Shown here: positions 1 to 10,940 of the stretch, in pieces
How the letters are laid out: each line of letters begins with the position of its first letter
How positions within the stretch are numbered: position 1 is the stretch's first letter
Assembly (NCBI GenBank): GCA_045598025.1
Contig: JAZLLH010000010.1
Location: 28,064-92,063, forward strand
Origin: Bacteroidales bacterium
GTDB taxonomy: Bacteria; Bacteroidota; Bacteroidia; Bacteroidales; WCHB1-69
DNA: 64,000 bases
Direction of reading: 5' to 3'
The notes under the pieces: generated by a model
Databases searched by the model: none
What the model saw: only the letters and a program-made list of their open reading frames with translations
What the model was told of the DNA's origin: nothing
Position numbers and translations under genes: made by a program

Positions 1-1
1 G

Positions 2-1681
2 AAACTGATTGTCCAATTGTTTCTGGGCATGCTGATCGGGACAGGCCTGCAACTGATGCTTCCTTTTTTTTCTCAAAGTATTGTCGACTATGGTATAGGC
101 AACAACAACCTGCACTTCGTCACTGTCATCCTTTGCGCCCAACTGAGCCTTTACGTAGCCCAATCTGCGGTAGAATTCATTCGCTCATGGATATTGCTAC
201 ACATCAGCACCCGTATCAACATCTCCATTATTTCCGATTTTCTCATCAAACTGATGAAATTGCCCATCGGCTTTTTTGACACCAAAATGATAGGAGACAT
301 CATGCAGCGCATAGGCGATCACGAACGCATTGAGACCTTCCTTACCTCCACCACCCTGAACACTCTTTTCTCATTCGTGAGTCTGATTGTATTCAGCGTG
401 GTACTGGCATGTTACCATCTGCCATTGTTCGTAGTTTTCTGTATTTCCAGTGTGCTGTACGTTTTGTGGATCAGTCTTTTTCTAAAAAAACGAAAATCCT
501 TGGATCATAAACGATTCGCTCAGGCATCAGCCGAGCAGGGCAACCTGTATCAACTGATTACGGGCATGCAGGAAATCAAATTGAATAATTGTGAAAGACA
601 AAAACGCTGGGAATGGGAAAATATACAGGCTAAATTATTTAGAATCAGCATCAAGGGACTTTCCCTAAGCCAATACCAACAATCCGGAGCCATCTTTATC
701 AACGAAACAAAAAATGTCTTGATTTCCTTTGTGGCAGCGGCTTCCGTCATTCGGGGAGATATGACATTGGGAATGATGACGGCAGTGCAGTTTATTATTG
801 GAGAACTCAACGCCCCGCTCAATCAGATGATCGGATTCATACAATCTGCGCAGGACGCACGCATCAGTCTGGAACGTTTGGGGGAAATCCACAACCGCAG
901 GGACGAAGAAGAGAACCCGATCACGGAACAGCTGTTTCAATTGCCGAAAGAGCATTCACTGCATATAGATCACCTGTTTTTTCGATACGATCCCCTTTCA
1001 CCCGAAATCCTCCACGATGTCTGTCTGCAGATTCCGGAAGGCAAGGTCACCGCTATCGTCGGAATGAGCGGAAGCGGAAAGACCACACTCATGAAGTTGC
1101 TGTTGGGATTTTATCCTCCCGCATCGGGTGAGATAACGGTAGGCAGACACCCTCTGAAAGACTTCAACCACCACTTCTGGAGAGATTGCTGCGGAGCCGT
1201 CATGCAAGATGGATTCATCTTTTCTGATACCATTGCACGGAACATCGCAGTCGGAGAAGACAACATAGATATGGAACGACTGATGCATGCAGCTGAAACA
1301 GCACAGATTCGGGACATGATAGATTCGTTTCCCCTGGGATTTGATACCAAAATCGGACAGGAAGGCAAGGGAATCAGCCAGGGACAACGCCAACGCATCC
1401 TTATCGCCCGCGTCGTCTATAAAAATCCTGATTTTCTTTTTTTTGATGAAGCGACCAACGCATTGGACACCAATAACGAACGTATGATTATGGAAAATTT
1501 GCAAAAATTCTTCAAAGGACGGACAGTTATAATCATCGCACACAGACTCAGCACTGTACGGAATGCAGACCAAATTGTAGTCATTGACAAGGGAAGCATA
1601 GCGGAATGCGGTACGCATGAATCTCTCAGTGAAGCCCGTGGAGTTTATTATCAATTGGTTAGAAACCAATTGGAATTATAA
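2..1681 (+). CDS. ABC transporter, fused permease/ATPase of the peptide/bacteriocin-exporter type; 5' end cut by the window edge
   Basis: The frame is open from nt 2 (KLIVQLFLGM...), so the TTG at 17 is not the real start. A TM-rich ABC membrane domain is followed by Walker A GMSGSGKTTL, signature ISQGQRQRI, Walker B LFFDEATNALD and H-loop IIAHRLS. Confidence 0.9.
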   Translation, partial: KLIVQLFLGMLIGTGLQLMLPFFSQSIVDYGIGNNNLHFVTVILCAQLSLYVAQSAVEFIRSWILLHISTRINISIISDFLIKLMKLPIGFFDTKMIGDIMQRIGDHERIETFLTSTTLNTLFSFVSLIVFSVVLACYHLPLFVVFCISSVLYVLWISLFLKKRKSLDHKRFAQASAEQGNLYQLITGMQEIKLNNCERQKRWEWENIQAKLFRISIKGLSLSQYQQSGAIFINETKNVLISFVAAASVIRGDMTLGMMTAVQFIIGELNAPLNQMIGFIQSAQDARISLERLGEIHNRRDEEENPITEQLFQLPKEHSLHIDHLFFRYDPLSPEILHDVCLQIPEGKVTAIVGMSGSGKTTLMKLLLGFYPPASGEITVGRHPLKDFNHHFWRDCCGAVMQDGFIFSDTIARNIAVGEDNIDMERLMHAAETAQIRDMIDSFPLGFDTKIGQEGKGISQGQRQRILIARVVYKNPDFLFFDEATNALDTNNERMIMENLQKFFKGRTVIIIAHRLSTVRNADQIVVIDKGSIAECGTHESLSEARGVYYQLVRNQLEL

Positions 1682-1727
1682 AAAAAATAAAGCGACACAC
1701 AAGTCGGAAGCCTATCCCATTTTTTTG

Positions 1728-1735
1728 TAATTTTG
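1728..1735 (+). promoter_or_regulatory. Candidate Bacteroidota -7 promoter box (TAATTTTG, matches TAnnTTTG) for gltX
   Basis: Motif lies 24 nt upstream of the gltX ATG in an AT-rich spacer. No -33 element was verified. Confidence 0.4.
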
Positions 1736-1758
1736 CCTTTTATTAAATACAAGGAAAC

Positions 1759-3282
1759 ATGGAAGAAGTAAGAGTCAGATTCGCCCCCAGTCCTACGGGG
1801 CCGCTTCATATCGGTGGAGTTCGGACTGCATTGTACAACTATCTGTTTGCCAAGCAACACAACGGAACACTCCTCCTCAGAATAGAAGACACAGACAGCA
1901 ATCGCTTTGTCCCAGGAGCAGAAAATTACATCATTGAAGCATTCCAGTGGTTAGGCATTACCTTTGACGAAGGCGTGCACATTCCCAACAAAGAAGGAAT
2001 ATCGTACCGTCAGTCGGAACGCAAGCCCCTATACAGACAGTATGCCGATTTTCTTTTGGAAAAAGGAAGAGCCTACATTGCTTTTGATACACCGGAAGAA
2101 ATAGAATCCAAACGACAGGAAATCAAAAATTTTCAATACGATTCCACCACCCGCATGCAGATGAAAAACAGCCTCACCCTTACGGAAGAGGAAGTACGCA
2201 ATCGCATTGCCGCTGGGAAACAATATGTGATTCGCATTCTCATCGAACCGGGTGAAGATATTTGCGTACACGATATGGTCTGCGGAGATGTGGTCATCAA
2301 CACCTCCATATTGGACGACAAGGTACTTTGGAAATCAGCGGATCAGCTGCCCACTTACCACCTTGCCAATATCGTTGACGACCACCTGATGCGAATCAGT
2401 CATGTCATCCGTGGCAGCGAATGGCTTCCGTCTGCCCCCTTGCACGTACTCCTGTACCGCTATCTGGAATGGGAGGACAGCATGCCGAAATTTGCCCACC
2501 TCCCGCTTTTGTTAAAACCGGAAGGAAATGGGAAATTGAGCAAACGGGACGGAGACCGCCTGGGGTTCCCTGTTTTTCCTTTGGAATGGCAGGATCCAAA
2601 ATCCGGAGAAATCTCCATGGGATATCGCGAAAAAGGCTACTATCCGGAAGCTGTCATCAATTTTCTGGCCCTGCTGGGCTGGAATCCGGGAACGGAACAG
2701 GAAATTTTCAGCATGGAAGAACTCATACAGGCATTCTCTTTGGAAAGGGTCAGCAAATCCGGTGCCAAATTTGACTTTGAAAAAGCGAAATGGTTCAACC
2801 ATAAATATTTGCAAATACAACCCAAGGAAAAACTTGTTCCAGAATTCGGAAAAATTCTGGAACAAAAAGGAATACACTGCAGCGAGGAATACAAGAGTGC
2901 CGTTGTCGAACTGATGAAAGAAAGGGCTCACTTCGTCTCAGACCTTTGGACGGAAAGTGCCTTCTTTTTCCAACGGCCGGAAAACTACGATGCCAAGGCC
3001 ATAGCCAAACGCTGGCAAGAAGAAACGCCCCTCCACTTGAAGGCTTTCTGTGATATTCTCAGTCAGATCCAGCCCTGGGATATGCAAAAAGCACACGATT
3101 CCGTCATGCAGTACGTGGAAGAACACGCATGCAATATGGGCAAAATCATGAATTCCCTGCGACTCTGTCTGGTGGGTAAAACAAAAGGACCCGATATTTT
3201 CACTATCATAGACCTGCTCGGAGTAAAGGAAACCATTGAAAGAATCCATATCGGCATTGACAAAATACACCTGCAGGACTGA
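1759..3282 (+). CDS. gltX: Glutamate--tRNA ligase
   Basis: N-terminus [28 protein letters not shown] (HIGH motif) and KLSKR (KMSKS-type) motif. 507 aa. Confidence 0.96.
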   Translation: MEEVRVRFAPSPTGPLHIGGVRTALYNYLFAKQHNGTLLLRIEDTDSNRFVPGAENYIIEAFQWLGITFDEGVHIPNKEGISYRQSERKPLYRQYADFLLEKGRAYIAFDTPEEIESKRQEIKNFQYDSTTRMQMKNSLTLTEEEVRNRIAAGKQYVIRILIEPGEDICVHDMVCGDVVINTSILDDKVLWKSADQLPTYHLANIVDDHLMRISHVIRGSEWLPSAPLHVLLYRYLEWEDSMPKFAHLPLLLKPEGNGKLSKRDGDRLGFPVFPLEWQDPKSGEISMGYREKGYYPEAVINFLALLGWNPGTEQEIFSMEELIQAFSLERVSKSGAKFDFEKAKWFNHKYLQIQPKEKLVPEFGKILEQKGIHCSEEYKSAVVELMKERAHFVSDLWTESAFFFQRPENYDAKAIAKRWQEETPLHLKAFCDILSQIQPWDMQKAHDSVMQYVEEHACNMGKIMNSLRLCLVGKTKGPDIFTIIDLLGVKETIERIHIGIDKIHLQD

Positions 3283-3285
3283 CGT

Positions 3286-6200
3286 TTGACACGAACGGAA
3301 CTCATGAAAGGAGACAACGCATTTTTTCCACTTTATAAGGAACAGAGCAAAATCTGCTCCAACCTGTTGCAGCATGCAGGAGAGCGTATACTCCTGAAAG
3401 GCCTGTGCGGAAGTGCCCGTGCTTTCTTTTTGAAAGCCTGCGCAGAACAAGTCTCCAAAGGATGCATGCTGGTAATGATTTCCCAGAAAGAAGAAGCTGC
3501 ATTTTTCTACCACGATCTGGAAATCCTTTTCCAGGAAGAAGACAAGGATACCCGAGACAAACAGATTTTTCTGTTTCCATCCTCCTACAGGAGCCGTACA
3601 GCCGAAGACAAAACGGACCGTTTTCAGATGCTGCTGAGAACCCAGGTTGTCGAACAGCTTCCTCAAGCCAGAATCATCGTCAGTTATCCGGAAGCCCTGT
3701 GTGAAAAGATGGTATCCAGAGCCACTCTGGAAAAGGAAAGTTTGGAAATCCGCTGTGGAGAAAATCTTTCCATGGACGACATTGAAAGTTTTCTGTCCGA
3801 ATGTGATTTCGAATACAGCAATTTCGTCTGCCAACCGGGAGATTATGCTGTAAGAGGAGGCATCATCGACGTATTTTCCTTTCTCAACGAACATCCCTAC
3901 CGCATCGTTTTTGACGGAGACAAGGTGGAGTCCATCCGATTGTTCGATGTACACACTCAGGAATCCTTGCAACAGATACCTTCGATACGGCTGACAGCCC
4001 GACCTGCCGCTTCAGCGAAACAAACGGGGAAAATCAGCCTGTTTGCCATGCTTCCGGAAGGAAGCAGCCTATGGACCGATGATTTAGTATCCTGCTGTCA
4101 CAGTGTAGATAAGAACAGGGACTATTTTACAGACACGGACTCTGATGAATACGTACAAACTTTTTTGGATGAAAAACTGTTTCTGCGGGAAATACTGAAT
4201 TTGCCTCAAGTTTCTTTCGGAAACGGAAAATTGCAGGGAAAAACAACCCACACCCTGGAATTTCATACCAAGCCCCAAGACAGTTTCAACCAAAATTTCG
4301 ATCTCTTGATAGATCAATGGATAGACCATTACGAAAAGGCCTATCTCAACTTTTTCGGTTCAGACAATGCCAACCAGCAGAAAAGGATACTGAATATATT
4401 GTCCGAAATACTGAAAACGAATCCGCGGTACAAGGATTTTTCGGAAAAAGAAAAACAGCATTGGGAAAAAGAAGTAATCCGCATGGCCGGATTCACTCTG
4501 CATGAAGGTTTTGTCGATCATGACCAGAAACTGGCATTCTACACCGACCATCAGGTCTTCAACCGCTACCACCGCTATCGCATCGAAGACAAATTCCAGA
4601 ACAAAAATGCGATGACGCTGCAGGAACTGAACAGTCTGCAAATCGGGGACTACGTCACCCACATAGACCACGGCATAGGACGCTTTGCCGGATTGGAAAA
4701 ATTGGATGTAAACGGGCATCAGCAAGAAGCCATCAAAATCATATACAAAAACAACGACATCCTCTACATCAGCATTCATTCCCTGCACCGTATTTCCAAA
4801 TATTCCGGAAAAGACGGCATGGAACCCACGCTGTCCCGCCTGGGAAGCAATCATTGGAACAAAATCAAAGAACGGACCAAGGAAAAGGTCAAGGAAATGG
4901 TCATTGACCTGACCAGACTCTACGCCGAACGCCGACAGTCCGAAGGATATGCTTTTTCCCAGGATTCCTACCTACAGCAGGAATTGGAGGCCTCATTCAT
5001 CTATGAAGACACGCCGGACCAACTGAAAGCAACCAGAGACGTCAAACAGGACATGGAAGCCTCCTTCCCCATGGACCGTCTGGTATGCGGGGATGTGGGA
5101 TTCGGAAAAACGGAAGTAGCCATACGCGCAGCCTTCAAAGCGGCTTGTGACAACAAACAGACAGCGGTGCTGGTGCCGACGACCGTATTGGCATTGCAAC
5201 ACTACCACAGTTTCAGCGAACGACTGCAACAATTTCCTTGCAGGATAGCCTATCTGAACCGCTTCACCACGGCAAAAATGAAAAAAGAAATTTTGGAAGA
5301 GGTGAAATCCGGCAAAATCGACATTCTGATCGGCACCCATCGACTCCTCGGAAAAGATTTGGAATTCAAAGATTTAGGCTTACTTGTTATAGATGAAGAA
5401 CAAAAATTCGGAGTGGAAGCGAAGGAAAAGCTCCGATCCCTCAAAGTCAACATCGACACACTGACCATGACGGCGACCCCTATTCCCCGAACACTTCAGT
5501 TTTCTCTGATGGGTGCTCGGGATATTTCCATTATGCAGACTCCTCCATTGAACCGATATCCCATTCAAACAGAAATCCATACCTTTGACGAAGCGTTCAT
5601 ACGGGAAGGTATTTCGCAGGAAATATGCCGTGGAGGACAGGTATTTTTCGTACACAACCGCGTTCAGAACCTGGCAGAAATAGCTGGAATCATACAAAGA
5701 AACTTTCCAGAACAGTCCATAGCCGTCGCTCATGGCCAAATGGAAGGCAGCCAACTGGAAAAAATCATGATTGATTTTATCGACGGCATGTACGATATTT
5801 TGGTCTGCACCACCATCATTGAATCCGGTTTGGATATTCCCAATGCGAATACCATTTTCATCAATGAAGCCCAAAACTATGGTTTGAGCGACCTGCACCA
5901 ACTGAGGGGAAGAGTTGGACGAAAAAACAAGAAGGCCTACTGTTATCTTCTGGCCCCTCCGCTGCATACCCTTTCAGAAAACAGCCAGAAACGGCTGCGC
6001 GCCATAGAGGAATTTTCCGATATCGGCAGCGGATTCAATATTGCCATGAGAGATTTGGATATCCGTGGAGCGGGAAATTTACTGGGGGCAGAACAGAGCG
6101 GATTCATCACAGAAATCGGATATGAAATGTACCAGAAGATTCTGGAAGAAGCCATTTACGAGCTCAACAATTCGCGCCCGGAGATGCAAGTAAGAGAAGA

Positions 6201-6678
6201 CATTTCCTATGTTAAGGACTGTACACTGGAAACAGACCTGGAAATACTCATTCCAGATACTTACATTGGAGACAGCAACGAAAGACTGATTTTATACAAA
6301 GAAATCAATACATTGAAAAACAAGGAGGATATTCTTCGTTGTCAAGAACGCATACAGGACCGATTCGGTCCCATCCCGAATGAAACCCTGGAATTATTCC
6401 ATAGTCTCAGCCTGCGCTGGTTATCCAAGGAAATAGGCTTTGAAAAAGTCATGCTAAAACAAAAAAGACTGATATGCTATTTCGTCAAAGACGAACACTC
6501 CCCTTACTTTGAAAGCGAACAATTCCAGCATATTCTGAACTATATACAGAAGTATCCGAATCACTGCCGCATGAAGGAAGAACCGGGTAAACTCAGCCTC
6601 ATATTCAACGGAGTATACGACGTATCCAGCGCCATATCCGTACTGCTTCCTTTAAAACATACCGAAACGGAAGCTTGA
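3286..6678 (+). CDS. mfd: Transcription-repair coupling factor
   Basis: 1130 aa. Superfamily-2 helicase motifs GDVGFGKTEVA, VIDEEQKFG, TATPIPRTL and QLRGRVGR, plus a CarD-like segment (GDYVTHIDHGIGRF). The start is TTG at 3286; an alternative ATG lies at 3304. Confidence 0.95.
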   Translation: MTRTELMKGDNAFFPLYKEQSKICSNLLQHAGERILLKGLCGSARAFFLKACAEQVSKGCMLVMISQKEEAAFFYHDLEILFQEEDKDTRDKQIFLFPSSYRSRTAEDKTDRFQMLLRTQVVEQLPQARIIVSYPEALCEKMVSRATLEKESLEIRCGENLSMDDIESFLSECDFEYSNFVCQPGDYAVRGGIIDVFSFLNEHPYRIVFDGDKVESIRLFDVHTQESLQQIPSIRLTARPAASAKQTGKISLFAMLPEGSSLWTDDLVSCCHSVDKNRDYFTDTDSDEYVQTFLDEKLFLREILNLPQVSFGNGKLQGKTTHTLEFHTKPQDSFNQNFDLLIDQWIDHYEKAYLNFFGSDNANQQKRILNILSEILKTNPRYKDFSEKEKQHWEKEVIRMAGFTLHEGFVDHDQKLAFYTDHQVFNRYHRYRIEDKFQNKNAMTLQELNSLQIGDYVTHIDHGIGRFAGLEKLDVNGHQQEAIKIIYKNNDILYISIHSLHRISKYSGKDGMEPTLSRLGSNHWNKIKERTKEKVKEMVIDLTRLYAERRQSEGYAFSQDSYLQQELEASFIYEDTPDQLKATRDVKQDMEASFPMDRLVCGDVGFGKTEVAIRAAFKAACDNKQTAVLVPTTVLALQHYHSFSERLQQFPCRIAYLNRFTTAKMKKEILEEVKSGKIDILIGTHRLLGKDLEFKDLGLLVIDEEQKFGVEAKEKLRSLKVNIDTLTMTATPIPRTLQFSLMGARDISIMQTPPLNRYPIQTEIHTFDEAFIREGISQEICRGGQVFFVHNRVQNLAEIAGIIQRNFPEQSIAVAHGQMEGSQLEKIMIDFIDGMYDILVCTTIIESGLDIPNANTIFINEAQNYGLSDLHQLRGRVGRKNKKAYCYLLAPPLHTLSENSQKRLRAIEEFSDIGSGFNIAMRDLDIRGAGNLLGAEQSGFITEIGYEMYQKILEEAIYELNNSRPEMQVREDISYVKDCTLETDLEILIPDTYIGDSNERLILYKEINTLKNKEDILRCQERIQDRFGPIPNETLELFHSLSLRWLSKEIGFEKVMLKQKRLICYFVKDEHSPYFESEQFQHILNYIQKYPNHCRMKEEPGKLSLIFNGVYDVSSAISVLLPLKHTETEA

Positions 6679-6711
6679 ATCTCCACTCTAAACAAGTTTG
6701 ATTTACTCAAC

Positions 6712-6746
6712 AAAAAAAGAGGAACGGTCTCTGACCATTCCTCTTT
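6712..6746 (-). terminator. Rho-independent terminator downstream of rplQ; a weaker bidirectional terminator for mfd
   Basis: Hairpin AGAGGAAcGGTC-tct-GACCaTTCCTCT (6718-6744). It is flanked by an A7 run on the plus strand, which reads as a U-run on the minus-strand transcript. It sits between the convergent mfd and rplQ genes. Confidence 0.7.
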
Positions 6747-6768
6747 GCTGTTATACGGCCAATATGGC

Positions 6769-7260
6769 TTATTCTGCCTTGGTTTCTTCAACTGCAGGAG
6801 CTTCTGCTGCGGGAACTTCTGCAGTTTCGGCTTTCTTGCGACCTCCACGACGGGTAGCCTTTGCTTTGGATTTCTGGCTACCTTTGTTCTGGGTGTAGGT
6901 TTCGTTGTAATCGACCAGTTCCATCATGCACATTTCAGCGGCATCTCCCAAACGGAAACCCGTTTTCAGAATACGGGTGTAACCTCCGGGTCTGTCAGCA
7001 ATCTTAGTGGAAACGTTACGGAACAATTCGGTAACGGCTTCCTTATTCTGCAGATAGGAGAAAACCACACGACGGGAATTGGTGGAATCTTCTTTTGCCT
7101 TGGTCAACAAAGGTTCGACATATTTTCTCAAAGCTTTGGCTTTTGCAACAGTGGTATTGATTCTCTTGTTGAGGATCAAAGAAGCTGCCATATTGGACAA
7201 CATCGCCTGGCGATGGGCATAGGTTCTGCCTAAATGATTTACTTTTTTTCCGTGTCTCAT
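6769..7260 (-). CDS. rplQ: 50S ribosomal protein L17
   Basis: [25 protein letters not shown]... is the canonical L17 N-terminus. There is a lysine/alanine-rich C-terminal tail. It occupies the last position of the alpha operon. Confidence 0.97.
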   Translation of the reverse strand: MRHGKKVNHLGRTYAHRQAMLSNMAASLILNKRINTTVAKAKALRKYVEPLLTKAKEDSTNSRRVVFSYLQNKEAVTELFRNVSTKIADRPGGYTRILKTGFRLGDAAEMCMMELVDYNETYTQNKGSQKSKAKATRRGGRKKAETAEVPAAEAPAVEETKAE

Positions 7261-7263
7261 GTC

Positions 7264-8265
7264 TTAATTTTCTTTTTCTAAATCCAACCTATATTTTGAA
7301 ATATCCATACCGAAATCCAAACCTTTGGACTTCACTAACTCCTCAAGTTCATTGAGGGACTTTTTACCGAAATTACGGAATTTCAGCAACGCACTGCGCT
7401 GAATCGTCACCAAATCACCCAAGGTTTCCAAATCTGCCGATTTCAAGCAATTCAAAGCACGCACCGAAAGATCCAGATCCGTCAGTTTGGTCTTCAGGAT
7501 TTGACGGATATGCAAGGCATTTTCATCAAACTCATCGCTCAGCACGATTTCATCGCCATTCATCGTAATTCTGTCTTCGGAGAAAAGGATAAAGTGCTGT
7601 ATCAACACCTTGGCTGCCTTTTTCAAAGCTTCTTTCGGATGAATGGAACCATCGGTCGTGATTTGGAGAATCAACTTTTCATAATCAGTCTTCTGTTCGA
7701 CACGATAATTTTCAAAGCGGTACATCACATTCTTAATGGGCGTGTGAATGGAATCAATAGCAATGACACCCGGTTCGTTGTGCAATTGACGGTTGTCTTC
7801 CACACTGACATAGCCGCGACCTTTGTTAATCGTAATCTCCATATCCAACTTCACGTTGGGTTCCATGGTGCATATGTGCAAATCTTCATTGAGGACCTGA
7901 AAACTGCTCAGATATTTGTTCATATCTCCAGCCTTGAATTCCTCTTTATCGGTAATAACAAACCTGACTTTTTCTTCGGTCTGGTCTTCGATTTTTCCTG
8001 CCAAACGAATCTGTTTGATGTTCAGAATGATATCCGTAACATCTTCTATGACACCAGGAATGGAGGAAAATTCATGAGGGACTCCTTCGATCTTGATGGA
8101 TGTAATGGCAAAGCCCTCCAAGGACGAAAGCAGTACCCTTCTCAAAGCGTTACCAATGGTTGTAGCATAACCGGGTTCCAACGGACGGAATTCAAACACG
8201 CCGAAAGAATCGGAAGACTCAAGCATCAGCACTTTCTCTGGTTTCTGAAAAGGTATGATTACCAT
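7264..8265 (-). CDS. rpoA: DNA-directed RNA polymerase alpha subunit
   Basis: 333 aa. [17 protein letters not shown] motif and C-terminal-domain motif [10 protein letters not shown]. Positioned between rpsD and rplQ. Confidence 0.97.
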   Translation of the reverse strand: MVIIPFQKPEKVLMLESSDSFGVFEFRPLEPGYATTIGNALRRVLLSSLEGFAITSIKIEGVPHEFSSIPGVIEDVTDIILNIKQIRLAGKIEDQTEEKVRFVITDKEEFKAGDMNKYLSSFQVLNEDLHICTMEPNVKLDMEITINKGRGYVSVEDNRQLHNEPGVIAIDSIHTPIKNVMYRFENYRVEQKTDYEKLILQITTDGSIHPKEALKKAAKVLIQHFILFSEDRITMNGDEIVLSDEFDENALHIRQILKTKLTDLDLSVRALNCLKSADLETLGDLVTIQRSALLKFRNFGKKSLNELEELVKSKGLDFGMDISKYRLDLEKEN

Positions 8266-8297
8266 ATTTTGTGTTTTTTTTAATGTTTACTAAGCGA

Positions 8298-8912
8298 TTA
8301 TCTAGAATACAAGTCAACTATCAACTGTTCGTTGATGGTTTCTGGGATGGCATCTCTTTCCGGAACCATCATCAGTTTGCCGGCCATCATGCTTTCATCC
8401 CATTCCAGCCAAGGATACTGACTGGCGTTGCGACGACTCAAGGAATCAGTAATCGCTTCCATAGCTTTGGAACGCTCGCGGACTCCGACCACATCCCCCA
8501 CTTTCAGAGTGACGGAAGGAATGTTCACCACATTGCCGTTCACCACAATATGCTTGTGGGAAACCAACTGACGTGCAGCTGCACGCGTAGGAGCAATTCC
8601 CAGACGGTATACCACGTTATCAAGACGGAATTCAATCATTTGCAAAAGGATTTCACCAGTGATACCTTTCTTGGCAGAAGCTTTATGGAAAAGATTTCTG
8701 AACTGGCGTTCCAAAATACCGTAGGTATATTTCGCCTTCTGCTTTTCCTGTAACTGCATTCCGTATTCCGAACTCTTTCCACCACCTCTTTTCTTGTTGG
8801 CACCATGCTGCCCCGGAGGATAGTTTTTCTTTTCCAAATATTTGTCGGGACCATAAATGGGTTCCTTGAACTTTCTTGCAATCTTGGATTTCGGACCTAT
8901 ATATCTTGCCAT
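8298..8912 (-). CDS. rpsD: 30S ribosomal protein S4
   Basis: [15 protein letters not shown]... N-terminus, and an S4 RNA-binding domain ([10 protein letters not shown]). Confidence 0.97.
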   Translation of the reverse strand: MARYIGPKSKIARKFKEPIYGPDKYLEKKNYPPGQHGANKKRGGGKSSEYGMQLQEKQKAKYTYGILERQFRNLFHKASAKKGITGEILLQMIEFRLDNVVYRLGIAPTRAAARQLVSHKHIVVNGNVVNIPSVTLKVGDVVGVRERSKAMEAITDSLSRRNASQYPWLEWDESMMAGKLMMVPERDAIPETINEQLIVDLYSR

Positions 8913-8955
8913 ATCTATCTTTTCTTCTAAAAGTTAAAAAAAATGTTGTTGTTAA

Positions 8956-9345
8956 TTATACACGACGTCTCTTCGGAGGTCTGCATCCATTGTGAGGCAA
9001 CGGAGTGACATCAATGATTTCAGTCACATCTATACCGGCGGCTGCAACAGTACGGACAGCGGATTCACGACCGCCTCCCGGACCTTTTACAAAACATTTC
9101 ACTTTGCGCAATCCTAAATCATAAGCAACCTTGGCTGCATCTTGAGCGGCCATTTGGGCAGCGTACGGAGTATTCTTTTTGGAACCCCTGAAGCCCATCT
9201 TTCCGGCAGAAGACCAGGAAATGGTTTGTCCAGCATTGTTGGTTATGGTCACAATCACGTTATTAAAAGACGCTTGGACAAACACCTTACCCACTGCATC
9301 TACTTTTACAACTCTTTTCTTCGTTACTTTCGTTGTTTTTGCCAT
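8956..9345 (-). CDS. rpsK: 30S ribosomal protein S11
   Basis: [10 protein letters not shown]...[14 protein letters not shown]...[13 protein letters not shown]. Confidence 0.97.
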   Translation of the reverse strand: MAKTTKVTKKRVVKVDAVGKVFVQASFNNVIVTITNNAGQTISWSSAGKMGFRGSKKNTPYAAQMAAQDAAKVAYDLGLRKVKCFVKGPGGGRESAVRTVAAAGIDVTEIIDVTPLPHNGCRPPKRRRV

Positions 9346-9370
9346 ATTCCTTATTGTTTAAGCTGTCCTA

Positions 9371-9745
9371 TTATTTCGTTGCTTTCTTCTTGTTGGCAAC
9401 TACTTTCTTTCTACCTTTACGTGTTCTCGCGTTATTCTTGGTGGATTGTCCTCTCACAGGTAAACCAAGACGATGACGAATGCCACGATAACAACCGATA
9501 TCCATCAGTCGTTTGATGTTCATCTGCACTTCGGAACGAAGCTCGCCTTCAATCTTCATCTCACCGATGATTCCACGGATGGCGGCCAATTCATCGTCGT
9601 TCCAGTCCTGAACTTTCTTGTCAAAAGAGATATCGGCCCTTTTCAGAATATTCTGAGCCGTAGTCCTACCTATTCCGTAAATGTAGGTTAAACCGATTTC
9701 TCCTCTCTTGTTTTTAGGTAAGTCAATACCCGCAATTCTTGCCAT
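9371..9745 (-). CDS. rpsM: 30S ribosomal protein S13
   Basis: [14 protein letters not shown]...[26 protein letters not shown]. Confidence 0.97.
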   Translation of the reverse strand: MARIAGIDLPKNKRGEIGLTYIYGIGRTTAQNILKRADISFDKKVQDWNDDELAAIRGIIGEMKIEGELRSEVQMNIKRLMDIGCYRGIRHRLGLPVRGQSTKNNARTRKGRKKVVANKKKATK

Positions 9746-9774
9746 ATACTTCTATTATTGTTTTAAAGTTAATT

Positions 9775-9891
9775 TTACCCTTGTCTTTGTTTGTATTTCG
9801 GATTCTTTTTGTTAATTACATAGACGACTCCTTTGCGACGCACGATTTTGCAATCGTCTGATCTTTTCTTTACAGATGTTCTTACTTTCAT
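9775..9891 (-). CDS. rpmJ: 50S ribosomal protein L36 (38 aa; below the ORF-track length cut-off)
   Basis: My manual translation of the minus strand gives [38 protein letters not shown], with ATG at 9891 and TAA at 9775-9777. It lies in the conserved infA-rpmJ-rpsM position. Confidence 0.93.
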   Translation of the reverse strand: MKVRTSVKKRSDDCKIVRRKGVVYVINKKNPKYKQRQG

Positions 9892-9914
9892 AATGCTGTA
9901 TAAATAAATCCCTT

Positions 9915-10136
9915 TTAATTTTTGTATCTAAAAATAATTCTTGCTTTACTCAGGTCATAAATGGACATTTCCATTTTCACTTTATCGCCCGGGAGGATTT
10001 TGATGTAGTGCATCCGCATCTTTCCGGATATGTGGGCGGTAACGATATGGCCATTTTCCAGTTCGACCCGGAACATTGCGTTTCCCAACGACTCCTTTAC
10101 GATTCCGTCCTGTTCGATTGATGATTGTTTTGCCAT
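9915..10136 (-). CDS. infA: Translation initiation factor IF-1
   Basis: 73 aa S1-like protein: ...[35 protein letters not shown]. Confidence 0.97.
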   Translation of the reverse strand: MAKQSSIEQDGIVKESLGNAMFRVELENGHIVTAHISGKMRMHYIKILPGDKVKMEMSIYDLSKARIIFRYKN

Positions 10137-10919
10137 TTACGCATTTTTTTGATTTAACACTTCTTCTACAAACTCATATGTTGACAACAGCTCCGTACCA
10201 TTCTCACGGATGGCAATCATGTGCTCGAAATGAGCCGAAGGCTGTCCGTCTGCAGTTCGGGTGGTCCATCCGTCCTTATCGAAACGGATATTTCTCACCC
10301 CAAGATTGATCATAGGCTCAATGCAGAGCACCATGCCCTTCTTTAAGCGAATTCCACATCCCTTGACACCATAATTGGGCACATCGGGCTTTTCGTGCAT
10401 AGAACGGCCACAACCATGTCCGACCATCTCACGGACCACTGAATACCCATAGGATTCGACATACGATTGAACAGCATGACCTATGTCTCCAATACGATTC
10501 CCGGCCACTGCCTGTTCTATGCCCTTGTACAGGGATTCCTTGGTTCGCTGGCAGAGCAGATGAATTTCCTCGGAAACGTGCCCCACTTCAAAAGTGTAAC
10601 AGTAGTCTCCATGGTATCCGTTCTTGTAAGCTCCGCAATCCACTGAGACGATATCACCATCCTGCAACTCCCGATCACTCGGAATACCATGCACCACCAC
10701 CTCATTCACCGAAAGACAAAGTGCTGCAGGATATCCTTCATAACCTTTGAAGGAAGGCTGCGCACCATTGTCCCGGATGAACGTTTCGGCGACTTGGTCC
10801 AAAGTTTTCAAGGAAACACCCGGCCGAATCAGTTTGGCTACTTCGGCTAAGGTTTTGCCTACGATCAAAGCACTCTCTTTCATCGCATCAATTTCCTTTT
10901 CTGTCTTCAAGTGTATCAT
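10137..10919 (-). CDS. map: Type I methionine aminopeptidase
   Basis: 260 aa. Contains VVHGIPS, DIVSVDCGA, GHGCGRSMHE and FEHMIA, the metal-ligand segments typical of MetAP. Confidence 0.95.
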   Translation of the reverse strand: MIHLKTEKEIDAMKESALIVGKTLAEVAKLIRPGVSLKTLDQVAETFIRDNGAQPSFKGYEGYPAALCLSVNEVVVHGIPSDRELQDGDIVSVDCGAYKNGYHGDYCYTFEVGHVSEEIHLLCQRTKESLYKGIEQAVAGNRIGDIGHAVQSYVESYGYSVVREMVGHGCGRSMHEKPDVPNYGVKGCGIRLKKGMVLCIEPMINLGVRNIRFDKDGWTTRTADGQPSAHFEHMIAIRENGTELLSTYEFVEEVLNQKNA

Positions 10920-10940
10920 CTCACGTATGCCTTTTACAAA

